A DNA stretch of 52,468 nt from a virus (taxonomy: Duplodnaviria; Caudoviricetes). Where the stretch lies: IMG/VR virus record IMGVR_UViG_3300005663_000006, positions 1 through 52,468 of that record. One strand, written 5' to 3'. The notes below the pieces were generated by a model. It had not been told where the DNA came from, made no database searches, and saw only the letters and a program-made list of their open reading frames with translations. Below, piece after piece: positions 37,771-46,770 of the stretch. Position 1 is the stretch's first letter; every line of letters starts with the position of its first letter. The translations under genes and the position numbers were made by a program.

Positions 37771-38172
37771 TCAGCATATCCTTCTAAGGATTTGACTTAA
37801 AGGATGCTCGTCCACATCAAACAGGGATTCGCCAGCTAAGAATATCTGACAGTTTACCTCGTTTCGTTGTTCGTCCCAGCACATGTGCATTACCTCACTT
37901 TGAAATTCCTTCGATAAGGCACGACTAAACTTACTCGCCTCGCCCCATGTCCAATAATTGAACACTCCAGCGAGAACAAAATAAGAACCCTTGGGACCAT
38001 CTAGTTCTTTTGTGGACCAGCCGATGCGGTCCTCCTCAAAAATTTGCTCGGCAGCATTTCCTGTCTCTATGGAGACCTTTCTAATCCTGGCCCTCACATC
38101 CTCCACATCGGCCCCACCTGAGAAAACCCCGCCAGTCCTAATTCCAATAAGATGTGAAACATAATATCCCAT
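37771..38172 (-). CDS. Hypothetical early protein
   Basis: 133 aa, GGGAGGG RBS. Confidence 0.65.
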   Translation of the reverse strand: MGYYVSHLIGIRTGGVFSGGADVEDVRARIRKVSIETGNAAEQIFEEDRIGWSTKELDGPKGSYFVLAGVFNYWTWGEASKFSRALSKEFQSEVMHMCWDEQRNEVNCQIFLAGESLFDVDEHPLSQILRRIC

Positions 38173-38187
38173 GTCTCTCAGCCCTCC

Positions 38188-38364
38188 CTATACCATGCCG
38201 ATGGGAATGTAGACGGTTCCTATTTTCCCCCAATTTGGCCATAAAAAGTAAGCGGGCTTTTCGTTGTCTAAAAACACGCAGAAATCAGCACTTATTGGTT
38301 CAATTATGGTTTTATGTCTATGGATAATAAGTGAAAAACCGTATTTCCCGAAATTAAGATACAA
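38188..38364 (-). CDS. 58-aa early protein ending YIPIGMV (not in ORF track)
   Basis: AGGAGGAG RBS, TTG start. Confidence 0.55.
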   Translation of the reverse strand: MYLNFGKYGFSLIIHRHKTIIEPISADFCVFLDNEKPAYFLWPNWGKIGTVYIPIGMV

Positions 38365-38376
38365 TTGTCTCTCCTC

Positions 38377-38577
38377 CTAGCTAATGTATCGCCTGGTTTC
38401 TGTGTGCTTGAACTTGTCCACGCCATCCACTGTGCCCATGTACATATATAGGCCAGCGTAGTTGGGACGGGTGGGCACGTTAGACAATGCGCCCCGCTTA
38501 ATAGCCCTTTGAAATGCGTCCACCGAGTTCCCGAAAATGGGTTGCTTGTGTCGTGATTCTCTGCTATGCTCATTCAC
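38377..38577 (-). CDS. Small early protein
   Basis: GGAGG RBS, GTG start; YMYMGTVDGVDKFKHTETRRY. Confidence 0.6.
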   Translation of the reverse strand: MNEHSRESRHKQPIFGNSVDAFQRAIKRGALSNVPTRPNYAGLYMYMGTVDGVDKFKHTETRRYIS

Positions 38578-38599
38578 GTTGAATCCTCCATTGTGAAGA

Positions 38600-38908
38600 T
38601 TAAACCATCCCGATGGGAACGTAAGCGCTCCAAGGTCGGCCATTTCCATAGTCTAGGCCCCAAGGTTCAAACCAATAACCTTTGAACAAATACCATAGAG
38701 AACCATAGGCCGACGATGGGCCACCTGTCTTTACGTTGGTATCGGACCACAACCAAGAGATGGTTTTCGGGTACAGATAAAAGTCGTCATCGTAGTCGAG
38801 GGGAAACAGGAAGGTCCCCGCCTTTACGAACCTATCCCTCCGGTTCCCATTTTTGGCTTTCTTGCCGATTTTTTCCTTGCGACGTTCGGGATAATATGTT
38901 AGCCTCAT
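38600..38908 (-). CDS. Early protein ending YVPIGMV
   Basis: AGGAGG RBS before ATG 38908. Confidence 0.6.
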   Translation of the reverse strand: MRLTYYPERRKEKIGKKAKNGNRRDRFVKAGTFLFPLDYDDDFYLYPKTISWLWSDTNVKTGGPSSAYGSLWYLFKGYWFEPWGLDYGNGRPWSAYVPIGMV

Positions 38909-38976
38909 TTTGTTGAATCCTCCTTTCGGGGTGGTTTCAGCCTCGGCTGGGTGACTGCTTTCCAGTGAGTGGGCGG

Positions 38977-39255
38977 TCACTCGGCTTCCTCGTTTATTCC
39001 TGGCACGGCCTCTAGGGCGGCTTGGGCCAAGTCGTTCACATCCAACAGGACATGAGTGTATGGCCCACCCTTGTTCAGACAGTCTATGGTTTTGGTCTTT
39101 ATTGCTTTCAATATTTTATGCAATCGTTTGACCTGGCCCCGAAGCTTTCCTTTCTCTGCTCGCTCAAGGTCAAGGTCGTGGATGAGGTTTCCAACAATTC
39201 CTGACTCTCCTCGGAACACTTTAAGATGTGCTGATGTTAGCCTACGCTCACTCAT
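38977..39255 (-). CDS. Hypothetical early protein
   Basis: 92-aa ORF in minus-strand operon. Confidence 0.55.
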   Translation of the reverse strand: MSERRLTSAHLKVFRGESGIVGNLIHDLDLERAEKGKLRGQVKRLHKILKAIKTKTIDCLNKGGPYTHVLLDVNDLAQAALEAVPGINEEAE

Positions 39256-39443
39256 CCCTTCTCACCCCCTTTCGTAGTTAGTTGCGCTTTCTTTCTCGGC
39301 CCTCGATATGCTTACCATCACCGTGGCACCAAGGGCACTCGACAGAGCATTTGTGGTTGTCCTGTAGCTCCTTATCGGTTCGAAATGCAGCCTTGTTGGG
39401 CCACATCCGGCCCCTGCCTAAGCAAAACCCACAATTCACTTTC

Positions 39444-39632
39444 TCACCCCCTTTCTCTTTCGGCTTTGAACCGCTCAACCTCTTTCTTGTCGAGCAACCG
39501 TCTCTTGCCGCCTACGATGGCAACCACGTTCAGCTTGCCAGAGTCGCACCATCCGCGCACGGTTGATTCAGACACTTCGAGGATACGCGACGCCTCGATG
39601 GTGGTGATTAGGTCTTCCGGGTCAATCTTCAT
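39444..39632 (-). CDS. Helix-turn-helix (MerR/excisionase-like) DNA-binding protein
   Basis: LITTIEASRILEVSESTVRGWCDSGKL...GGKRRL. Confidence 0.85.
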   Translation of the reverse strand: MKIDPEDLITTIEASRILEVSESTVRGWCDSGKLNVVAIVGGKRRLLDKKEVERFKAERERG

Positions 39633-39982
39633 GGTGATTGCTCCTCGCTATTAAGTAGCCATTTGATAAACCTAATCCTTGCCCAGTTTGCAGAAAGCTC
39701 AAACGCATTCTCCCGGACCTCTATTTTGGTTGTGTTTCGGATTGCAAACTTGACGGCCTTTCTTATTCTAAAGTCATTGTATGACTCATCCTCTCCTCGG
39801 AGGATTAGGCGTGCTCCTGCTCCTGGCCCGTCCTCAACCTCGTTTGCCTTGCCCCACGCTCCCAGCAAGCGCAACTCCAAGAAGTGGGCGCGGTTCTCGT
39901 ATCGCCACAATTCTCTTTCCAACTTCTCCTTCATTACGTTCCCCTTTCGTTGAGCGTTAATTCGCTCCCCGGCCCCCAGCAA
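39629..39982 (-). CDS. Hypothetical early protein
   Basis: ORF coupled to the HTH gene; true start may be downstream. Confidence 0.5.
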   Translation of the reverse strand: MLGAGERINAQRKGNVMKEKLERELWRYENRAHFLELRLLGAWGKANEVEDGPGAGARLILRGEDESYNDFRIRKAVKFAIRNTTKIEVRENAFELSANWARIRFIKWLLNSEEQSP

Positions 39983-40016
39983 GAGCCGGAGGCGGGAATT
40001 AAACCGACGTTAGGGC

Positions 40017-40247
40017 CTAACAGTCAGAATCATCTAGGCCATGCTCCCCAAGGATGCGGCGCGATTCCGAGCCCTCCCACCTCACCGGAGACCACACAGG
40101 ATTGTCGGCCACAATTCGGTCATTTTTTGGGTCATAATACGCATGGTTAAGGTAATGCTTAAACTGGTCAACCCTTCCTAGCTGCGCAAGCCTAGCCTTG
40201 AAAAAAACCTTTTCCCTGTACCCAGCGTTCCTGAGCATTAGTCTCAT
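40017..40247 (-). CDS. Hypothetical early protein
   Basis: GAGGAG RBS. Confidence 0.55.
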   Translation of the reverse strand: MRLMLRNAGYREKVFFKARLAQLGRVDQFKHYLNHAYYDPKNDRIVADNPVWSPVRWEGSESRRILGEHGLDDSDC

Positions 40248-40271
40248 CGTCTCTCTCCTCTTAGGTCAGCC

Positions 40272-40490
40272 TCACACCCTCTCGCCATACTCGTCTTTTG
40301 GAAGATGGCAAGAATCTACGATGGTGAAGCCAATCCCATCAAATTGCTTTTGGTGTTGCAACGCGTTGAACCTCTCGCGGGGAAAGTTCCTTGGTACGCC
40401 CAACCTTCCACATTTAGGACAACGCTTTCGGCGCTTGCCAGGCTCTTTGCAATCCACGCTCACCCTATTGGCTTCTCGTATTGTGCCCAT
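40272..40490 (-). CDS. Zinc-binding early protein, first gene of leftward operon
   Basis: CPKC; GAGGAGG RBS. Confidence 0.55.
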   Translation of the reverse strand: MGTIREANRVSVDCKEPGKRRKRCPKCGRLGVPRNFPRERFNALQHQKQFDGIGFTIVDSCHLPKDEYGERV

Positions 40491-40535
40491 CGTCTCTCCT
40501 CCTCGTTAGGGTTGCTGTGTCAGCCTCTATCTATC

Positions 40536-40564
40536 AATATACATTCCCCCAAGATATAAGTCAA
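40536..40564 (-). promoter_or_regulatory. Leftward sigma70 promoter of early operon
   Basis: Minus strand TTGACT-17 bp-TATATT. Confidence 0.7.
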
Positions 40565-40599
40565 GGGAAAAGTGACCTATTTCAAGAAAAAAATAATCC

Positions 40600-40627
40600 T
40601 TGCATAATCTGGGAGCTGTGTTATATT
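40600..40627 (+). promoter_or_regulatory. Rightward divergent promoter
   Basis: TTGCAT-16 bp-TATATT with TGn extended -10. Confidence 0.55.
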
Positions 40628-40938
40628 ACATCCTGTAATTAGGGGCCGGTACCTTGGGAGGGGATGTCGGCTTTTTTCTATTGGGGGATGGTAGATGCTT
40701 GGGATGAGAGAGGCGGCAATATATATAAGAGACCTCGAAGCTGACAACGCACGGCTGAGGGAAACATTGGAGTGGGTAGACAATCGATTGTTTAGAGAGA
40801 CGGATGGTCTCCCACAATTACAACGCTGCTATAAATGCTCGGGGCTATTTACTGAGATAGCCAGAGAGTGCATAGAAAGAATACAATCAGCCATTAATAA
40901 AGAATAAAGCCTTATAATAAAGAAAGGATCTTATATAT

Positions 40939-41199
40939 ATGGTGATTGAGTTCGAGGAACACAAGGTAGAGTCGGTTGAAAGGTCCCCCATTGCCATTGT
41001 CTGCGATAGATGCAATGCCCGATTTCGTCACAAAGATGACATCTGGGAGTATCTGGAAATCCTGCGGGTCGATTTCACGGGAGGATATGGTTCCATCTTC
41101 GGGGATGGCTGCAAGTTTGAATGTGACCTTTGTCAAGAGTGCGTGAAGAAGATCCTGGGCCCCTTCCTGAGGAAAACCCAAATCAATGAATATATATAA
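40939..41199 (+). CDS. Zinc-finger hypothetical protein
   Basis: CDRC...GGYGSIFGDG...DLCQEC. Confidence 0.65.
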   Translation: MVIEFEEHKVESVERSPIAIVCDRCNARFRHKDDIWEYLEILRVDFTGGYGSIFGDGCKFECDLCQECVKKILGPFLRKTQINEYI

Positions 41200-41221
41200 A
41201 TAAAGAAAGGATATTAAATAT

Positions 41222-41743
41222 ATGAGCAAGGCACCACACGGTACACCAGAAATTAAAGCCCTCGCATCCATAAAACATAGAGACGGAGAAACACACAGAG
41301 AAATAGCCGAACAATTAGGAATATCCAGATCTACATCAGAACGATGGATCAGCGAACACGCAACCGAGACAAGCAAAGAATCCCTGGAACAAATAAAAGA
41401 AGCAATCGAAAAAGCAGACTACGCCTTCCTAGCACAATCTGCATATATACAGTCTTTAATAACTAATACTATTATAAAGAAAATACACGGCAATGAATTA
41501 GACCACCTGAGCCTGCAGGAACTATTCAGAGCGGGCGTAGAAGAAGGCAAAAGATATGGTATCAGGACCGATAAGGTCTTGATGAGGGAAGGAGGGGTCA
41601 TTCCAGGGGCCCCTGCGCCCTCTGTGGCGGCTCTGTTGGCCCTTGCGCTGTCCAGGGCTGAGATGGATAGGGCGGCTGCTGAGCGCATTAAGGCCGAGAC
41701 TAAGGCATACGAGGCCAGCTACAAGGAGAAGCTTGTCAATTAG
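41222..41743 (+). CDS. Terminase small subunit (putative; N-terminal HTH)
   Basis: THREIAEQLGISRSTSERW HTH followed by helical oligomerisation region; upstream of terL. Confidence 0.55.
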   Translation: MSKAPHGTPEIKALASIKHRDGETHREIAEQLGISRSTSERWISEHATETSKESLEQIKEAIEKADYAFLAQSAYIQSLITNTIIKKIHGNELDHLSLQELFRAGVEEGKRYGIRTDKVLMREGGVIPGAPAPSVAALLALALSRAEMDRAAAERIKAETKAYEASYKEKLVN

Positions 41744-42036
41744 TCCTATGAATGGGCGATATGCCCAGCTTCCGATAATATCTATTAAGTTAACTGTCTA
41801 TCATATCAATAGGATACAGCGAGACAGGGCGTCTATCCTTCCCGAGGGTCATAATCAAACGAATATAGAGCGCATGGAGCCTGTGACCGTGACGCATTGG
41901 CATGGTGGGGCGGGGGCCGTGGTCCTGGACCTGGACAGGCAATCTCTGGAAAATGAAGGGGGGGGGAGCCCCCAAACGCACTCAGAATGTGAATATACTG
42001 TCCGTAACGGGAATTTTTTCTGGAAGGGTTTAGCCT

Positions 42037-42261
42037 GTGGATGAGTTTTTCAATTCAAGCATCGCTACCCAAATCAAAACACTTCGCAAGCAACGGGATT
42101 GGACGCAGGAGGATTTAGCGAAAAAAGCGAATATGAAGCAAGCAAGAATTTCACTTTTAGAAAATGCAAGTTATTCATCATGGAGCATGAGCACACTAAG
42201 AAGGCTAGCCGAGGCGTTCGACTTAACTTTATATGTTACGTTTGAGGTGGCTAATGATTAA
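42037..42261 (+). CDS. XRE-family HTH transcriptional regulator
   Basis: IKTLRKQRDWTQEDLAKKANMKQARISLLEN...STLRRLAEAFD. Confidence 0.85.
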   Translation: MDEFFNSSIATQIKTLRKQRDWTQEDLAKKANMKQARISLLENASYSSWSMSTLRRLAEAFDLTLYVTFEVAND

Positions 42262-43036
42262 CAAGGAATTGCTGGAGAGGAAGTTTGTTGGGATGGGCTC
42301 TCGCGTGAAGTTTCGTTCGTTGGTTCGCAGGCATCGTGACGATGGTGCGGTAATATCGGTTGATGTGGGTCGAGACAGGCGGGGGGAGTTCTTTGATGTG
42401 CGCCTGCTTCCCGATTCTCGGCTCGACTTACTTGTTATGGACGTTCAGGCCAAGGACCGCCATCTTTTGCTTATGGTCAAGGGCGAGGGACTGTTTCACA
42501 AGTATCTCTGCGGGCACGATGAGCGCCATTGGTTTGTAGCGGCTGTTCCTGAGTCTTCGGGGGCGTCAAGTGTTAGCCAGGCGATGGATGCACTCAGGCC
42601 CGAAATGGTGAAAGAAGCGAGGGGCTACATCCGTCAAGGCGAATGGTTTTTTATTCCTGCTCCCGGAAAAGAGATAGAAGATATACTCGTCTTGAAGAAG
42701 GAGTCGTTGATTCGAGGTGGGGGCAAGCCACATGTTGCTGAGTTTTTGTGTCGAGAGGGCGGCACCCTCGTCTACGTCAATCGGTTAAACCCCAACGGAC
42801 TTACCCAGGAAGAATATGAGGAAGGCTTGAAAAACATTAAAGTCGCAAGGGAGCGAGGCGAGATTGTGCCGGGAGGGGGCCCTTTCACAAGAATGATGCG
42901 GGATATGGATGTCTATGTTAAAGGTCGCATATCACATTCTGACCATGCGACCGTTACACTCAATGTATGGCATAGGGTGGCGATGAATACTGAGAATCAA
43001 TCGAACGCGATGGCGTTTGTGGCTTTTCTGGATTAA
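42254..43036 (+). CDS. Conserved hypothetical protein
   Basis: GAGGTG RBS; KYLCGHDERHWFVAAVP, RQGEWFFIP. Confidence 0.7.
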   Translation: MINKELLERKFVGMGSRVKFRSLVRRHRDDGAVISVDVGRDRRGEFFDVRLLPDSRLDLLVMDVQAKDRHLLLMVKGEGLFHKYLCGHDERHWFVAAVPESSGASSVSQAMDALRPEMVKEARGYIRQGEWFFIPAPGKEIEDILVLKKESLIRGGGKPHVAEFLCREGGTLVYVNRLNPNGLTQEEYEEGLKNIKVARERGEIVPGGGPFTRMMRDMDVYVKGRISHSDHATVTLNVWHRVAMNTENQSNAMAFVAFLD

Positions 43037-43153
43037 ATATGCCCTCACGTGGTTTTTTTTGAGAGAGGGTTCGGGTGGTGGTCGATGCCCATGATGCTGA
43101 AATGGAATTATACTGTCTCTCGTGGGAATTTTTTCTAGGAGGGTTTTTGCCTT

Positions 43154-43423
43154 GTGAGTGTTTCTGGTTATGAGGGTTATGGTGGCGGGGAGGTTTTTTT
43201 CCGTCGTACCACGACTCCTTGGTATTTGCTGGATGTTTTGACGAAGGCTGATGGAGAGGCTGGTTTGGTTTATGCGACTAAGCGGGAAGCCAGGGTTGCT
43301 GCGAGTGCTATTCGTAGTGTCGGGTGGATGCCTCGATTAGAGAGGTGTTCGTGGGGGCCTCGTTCGCACCTGAAGAGGCGCTTTAGATATACCTGGAAGG
43401 CCGAATGGCGCGTTATGTGGTGA
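43154..43423 (+). CDS. Hypothetical protein
   Basis: AGGAGG RBS within repeat. Confidence 0.5.
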   Translation: MSVSGYEGYGGGEVFFRRTTTPWYLLDVLTKADGEAGLVYATKREARVAASAIRSVGWMPRLERCSWGPRSHLKRRFRYTWKAEWRVMW

Positions 43424-43457
43424 CCCGCCACGGGATTTTTTTCTTAGGATTTAGAGC

Positions 43458-43727
43458 ATGGCCATGGCATTTGATAAATTTCAGAAACTCGACAGTTTTT
43501 TAAAGTTAGAGCCCGGCTGGGATAGCTATGGTGCCCCTGCAATTTCCAGAAAAGCTTTATTCGCGGCTCAGAATATAATGTTTCATCTTTTGACCAACGC
43601 CCCTTCTTTTATTGGTCCGACATCCCACGGTGGCGTTCATTTAGAATGGAATCATGGTGGCTATAGCATTGAGATTGAGATTGGTCCCAATGGTAAGATA
43701 TCTGAGGCTTGTTTTTTTGATGATTAA
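43458..43727 (+). CDS. Hypothetical protein
   Basis: LEPGWDSYGA...PTSHGGVHLEW. Confidence 0.6.
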   Translation: MAMAFDKFQKLDSFLKLEPGWDSYGAPAISRKALFAAQNIMFHLLTNAPSFIGPTSHGGVHLEWNHGGYSIEIEIGPNGKISEACFFDD

Positions 43728-43971
43728 TCCGCCAGGGGAATTTTTTCTGTAATAGTTTGAGGGGGTTATATGGTTTGGTTTGCTCTTGTCATCTCGCTTG
43801 GCTTTATTCTTATCTGTCTGGCTCTGTGGATAATCAATGCATGGCTTAAGGAATTAGATTCGCGGGTGGCTGAATTGGAGAGACGCAAGGCATGACGTTC
43901 AGGGATATGATTGAAAGGGTTCGTTTAGAGGTGGGTTGTTCCACGGGAATTTTTTTCACATAGTTTAGGAG

Positions 43972-44220
43972 GTGTGCGACATGGGTAACGAGGTAATTGT
44001 TCAGTTGGAAGAGTGTGAGTATTCGGGTTGGAGAATAAGGTTAATTTTTCCCCTCAAGAATATGCATGGGAAGCCTTCTAGTGCCGACCTTGACTATTGG
44101 GAGGATAGCGAGGAGATGAGTGAGTCTGGGGCTGTTCATGTGGCGAGGGTGGTTGCTGATTTGTTCGTGAATGCGAAGGCACAGTATCGGGTTCCCAAGC
44201 ATGAGATTACGGAGCTTTAA
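43972..44220 (+). CDS. Hypothetical protein
   Basis: AGGAGG RBS within repeat. Confidence 0.5.
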   Translation: MCDMGNEVIVQLEECEYSGWRIRLIFPLKNMHGKPSSADLDYWEDSEEMSESGAVHVARVVADLFVNAKAQYRVPKHEITEL

Positions 44221-45137
44221 TGCCTGGCGTGAGGCTATATCAGCAATGGTGGATTTATTGGTGTAGGCATTATGGTTATGGGGCGGACCAGCTTCCCCGC
44301 GTTGGGCGCAGATACAACATTGGGCACAATGAGTTAGGTTCCGCTTTGGCCGTTCCCGGGGTTTAGGACATGTCTATTTCTCGCAGGGGTTTTTTAGGTG
44401 GTGTTGCGTGGCGGAAGGTAGTATAATGCGGGAACATTTTATTGGGATTGCTTTCACGCTTATTTTGGCTATTGTCAGTTTCATTTTTCTTGCTGAGTTA
44501 TCCGGCTGGTGGTTGGGGGTTAAGTGATGATTAGTCGGGAAAATTCAGATGCTCTTTGCGGATTTTTATTTTTGGTCTTGATATTCCTTCTTTGTCTTAT
44601 TGTGCTTCCCACAAGAGAGTTCTTAATTTTTTTTAGTGTTTTAGCGGTTGTCGGAACAATCGCCTCGATGTTGGTTCTTAAATATGCATGGCGACTCCGT
44701 AAGTGGGATAACGATGACTAAAGCCATCCGCTACCCAGAAAATCATTCCAAGTTCGTCAAGCGTCCTGTGAGGGCCTACGAGGAAAAGATACGAACGTGT
44801 CTGGGGATTACTTGGCATGGCGAATATTGCGATGCGAAGTTTTTGTCGTGGGGGCCCCAGAATAGGTTCTGCGGTAAATGCGGGACGAAGCAGAGGGGGG
44901 CGGGGTTTTGATGTCTGGATTAGTTGATGCGATATTAACCATTCAGCGCAGACTGGACAATATTGAGGATTTTTTGATTGGGATATTTAACAGCCAAGAT
45001 GGTAGCGTCACCATCGGTCAGGTGACCAAGATGAAAGAGTTTCACTCGGTCGTTGAGGAATTGCGCAAGAGCCCTACATTGATTAAACCGGGTGAATATC
45101 CAATGGGAGTTCCCTAAATGCCCACCTGGATTTTAGA

Positions 45138-45377
45138 ATGAACTATTCTGAAATCGTCGCAAAAGTTAAGGAGTGCCTCGATGATAAGAGACCAATATAC
45201 CATGAAGATTTGGCAAAATTTCTTAGCGGTGTTTATAACGAACCCTCGCTTATGAATGTAAAGGGATTTGTTATGAGCCGGGAATTTATAGATATTTTGG
45301 TGGAAGGTGAAATTTGGAACATGAAAAATGCGTGGCGGAAACACAAATTTGAAGCGGCGCGTAGAATGGGGCCATAA
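45138..45377 (+). CDS. Hypothetical protein flanked by 16-bp direct repeats
   Basis: TAAATGCCCACCTGGA at 45115 and 45375. Confidence 0.55.
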   Translation: MNYSEIVAKVKECLDDKRPIYHEDLAKFLSGVYNEPSLMNVKGFVMSREFIDILVEGEIWNMKNAWRKHKFEAARRMGP

Positions 45378-45626
45378 ATGCCCACCTGGACGCTCTGGCT
45401 TCTGTTTTTAACGACATGGAATTATTCGGGCGTCGCCATGACCCCAGGATTTGTGTCGTGGATGCTCTATGAGACTAGGACTGAGTGCCTGCAGGCGGCC
45501 AAGACGTTGATTCAGCCGACTGTCTGTATGACCGTTGATATGCCCCACCCGTATCCCATAGCAATGACTGAGAGCGAATACGAAGAGGCGATGCGTGAGA
45601 AGAGGATAAAGGAGGAGGCGTTTTAG
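45378..45626 (+). CDS. Small exported protein
   Basis: Hydrophobic N-terminus; YETRTECLQAAK...VC. Confidence 0.5.
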   Translation: MPTWTLWLLFLTTWNYSGVAMTPGFVSWMLYETRTECLQAAKTLIQPTVCMTVDMPHPYPIAMTESEYEEAMREKRIKEEAF

Positions 45627-46233
45627 GTGAACCTTGACCCTCGCCCCCTATTTTATGGTTTCTGCTTCTTTATTTTGCTGGTGTCGGTGCTAATGATGAT
45701 TCGCACTTGCAAGCGTGATTTTATAAGCAGGGCATCTGGCCCGTCTCAAGCGTGGGCAACTTGTCAGAAGGCGTCTAGCGTCGGTGTGAGATTGAATGGG
45801 TGCTGAGATGAGCAAAGGAATTGAATTTCGTGATGGCAAAATATTCAAAGTTCCATTTTCAAATAGGTCAGAATATCTTCACGCCCTCTGGCTTCAGTAT
45901 TTGGGTGAGAAACGGGTAGATGAGTCGAAAAGAGTGGTCGGTTTTGATAGCCCCGACGTCCACAGGCTTCGCAGGATTGCCGAGACTGAGCATAAGCTAA
46001 TGAATCCGGCCGAGGGCGTTCACTTCGAGGGGGATGGATGAGATGGTGGAGGCAGGGAAATCTAAGGCGATGGAAGCGGCTAGGAATCTACGCTCAAATT
46101 TATGCAGGGAGTTAATGGAGCGAGAAGGCATCTCTGCTCCGGTCCCACCATCGTTCCTAGCGATGGCAAAAACAGCCCTAGACCTTCTAAACATAATCGA
46201 ATTGATAATAATTGAAAACGCGGAGCGGGAGGA

Positions 46234-46770
46234 ATGAACGATAACGCCTACATCGGCCCATGCCACCACTGCCAAGGAGAAATTGGCGAGAACGATAGCT
46301 ACGTCCAGAGGGGTAGCTTGGAGGGCGACGAGATAGAGCAGTTTCATGTCCGATGCTTTAGGGAAGTGGAGCCCAAGGGGGAGCATGGAATGATGTTGAG
46401 AAAATTCGGATGGTTGATACTCTTTCTTTTGTCTCTGAGCATTTCATTTCCGGCATACGCCCAGCCCGAACTGAAGGTGGGGCAGAAGGTAGAATTGTTC
46501 AAGGGGGCGACAGGTATTTCGGGAAAGTGTTTTATTGTAAGACTAGACAAAGATGGAACGGTGTGGTGTAGCACTAACAGATTGGGTTATTCTGCGACGG
46601 CCTACGACGACTACCGCATCCTCAACCCCGCCCCCAGGCCGGAGTTTAAGTTGCCGAGCAATTGGGAGTTTTGTAGCGACTGCGGCGAGAAAAACAGACT
46701 GTCTATTTGGGAGAACGACAAAGCCATCGCCGACGAACTGCGTTGGCTACGGAAAAAGATTGAAAAATAA
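46234..46770 (+). CDS. Hypothetical protein with internal signal-peptide start (ATG 46390)
   Basis: Zn-finger-like N-part, then GGGGAG RBS and MMLRKFGWLILFLLSLSISFPAYA|Q. Confidence 0.5.
   Translation: MNDNAYIGPCHHCQGEIGENDSYVQRGSLEGDEIEQFHVRCFREVEPKGEHGMMLRKFGWLILFLLSLSISFPAYAQPELKVGQKVELFKGATGISGKCFIVRLDKDGTVWCSTNRLGYSATAYDDYRILNPAPRPEFKLPSNWEFCSDCGEKNRLSIWENDKAIADELRWLRKKIEK

Larger units (their letters stand above)
42008..43972 (+). repeat. Five dispersed intergenic GGG(A)ATTTTTT(T)C repeats, each preceding a small gene
   Basis: Copies at ~42008, 43124, 43431, 43735 and 43944. Confidence 0.8.

Noticed and set aside
39444-39632. Excisionase implying an integration module
   Set aside because: The HTH fold is generic and no integrase or att-like site was recognised nearby
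42008-43972. GGGAATTTTTTC repeats as a CRISPR array
   Set aside because: The repeats are short and degenerate, separated by 200-1100 bp of protein-coding DNA, and no cas genes are present
44370-44426. Twin-arginine (MSISRRGFLGG) signal peptide
   Set aside because: The ORF stops after 18 codons; at most a relic, with no passenger domain
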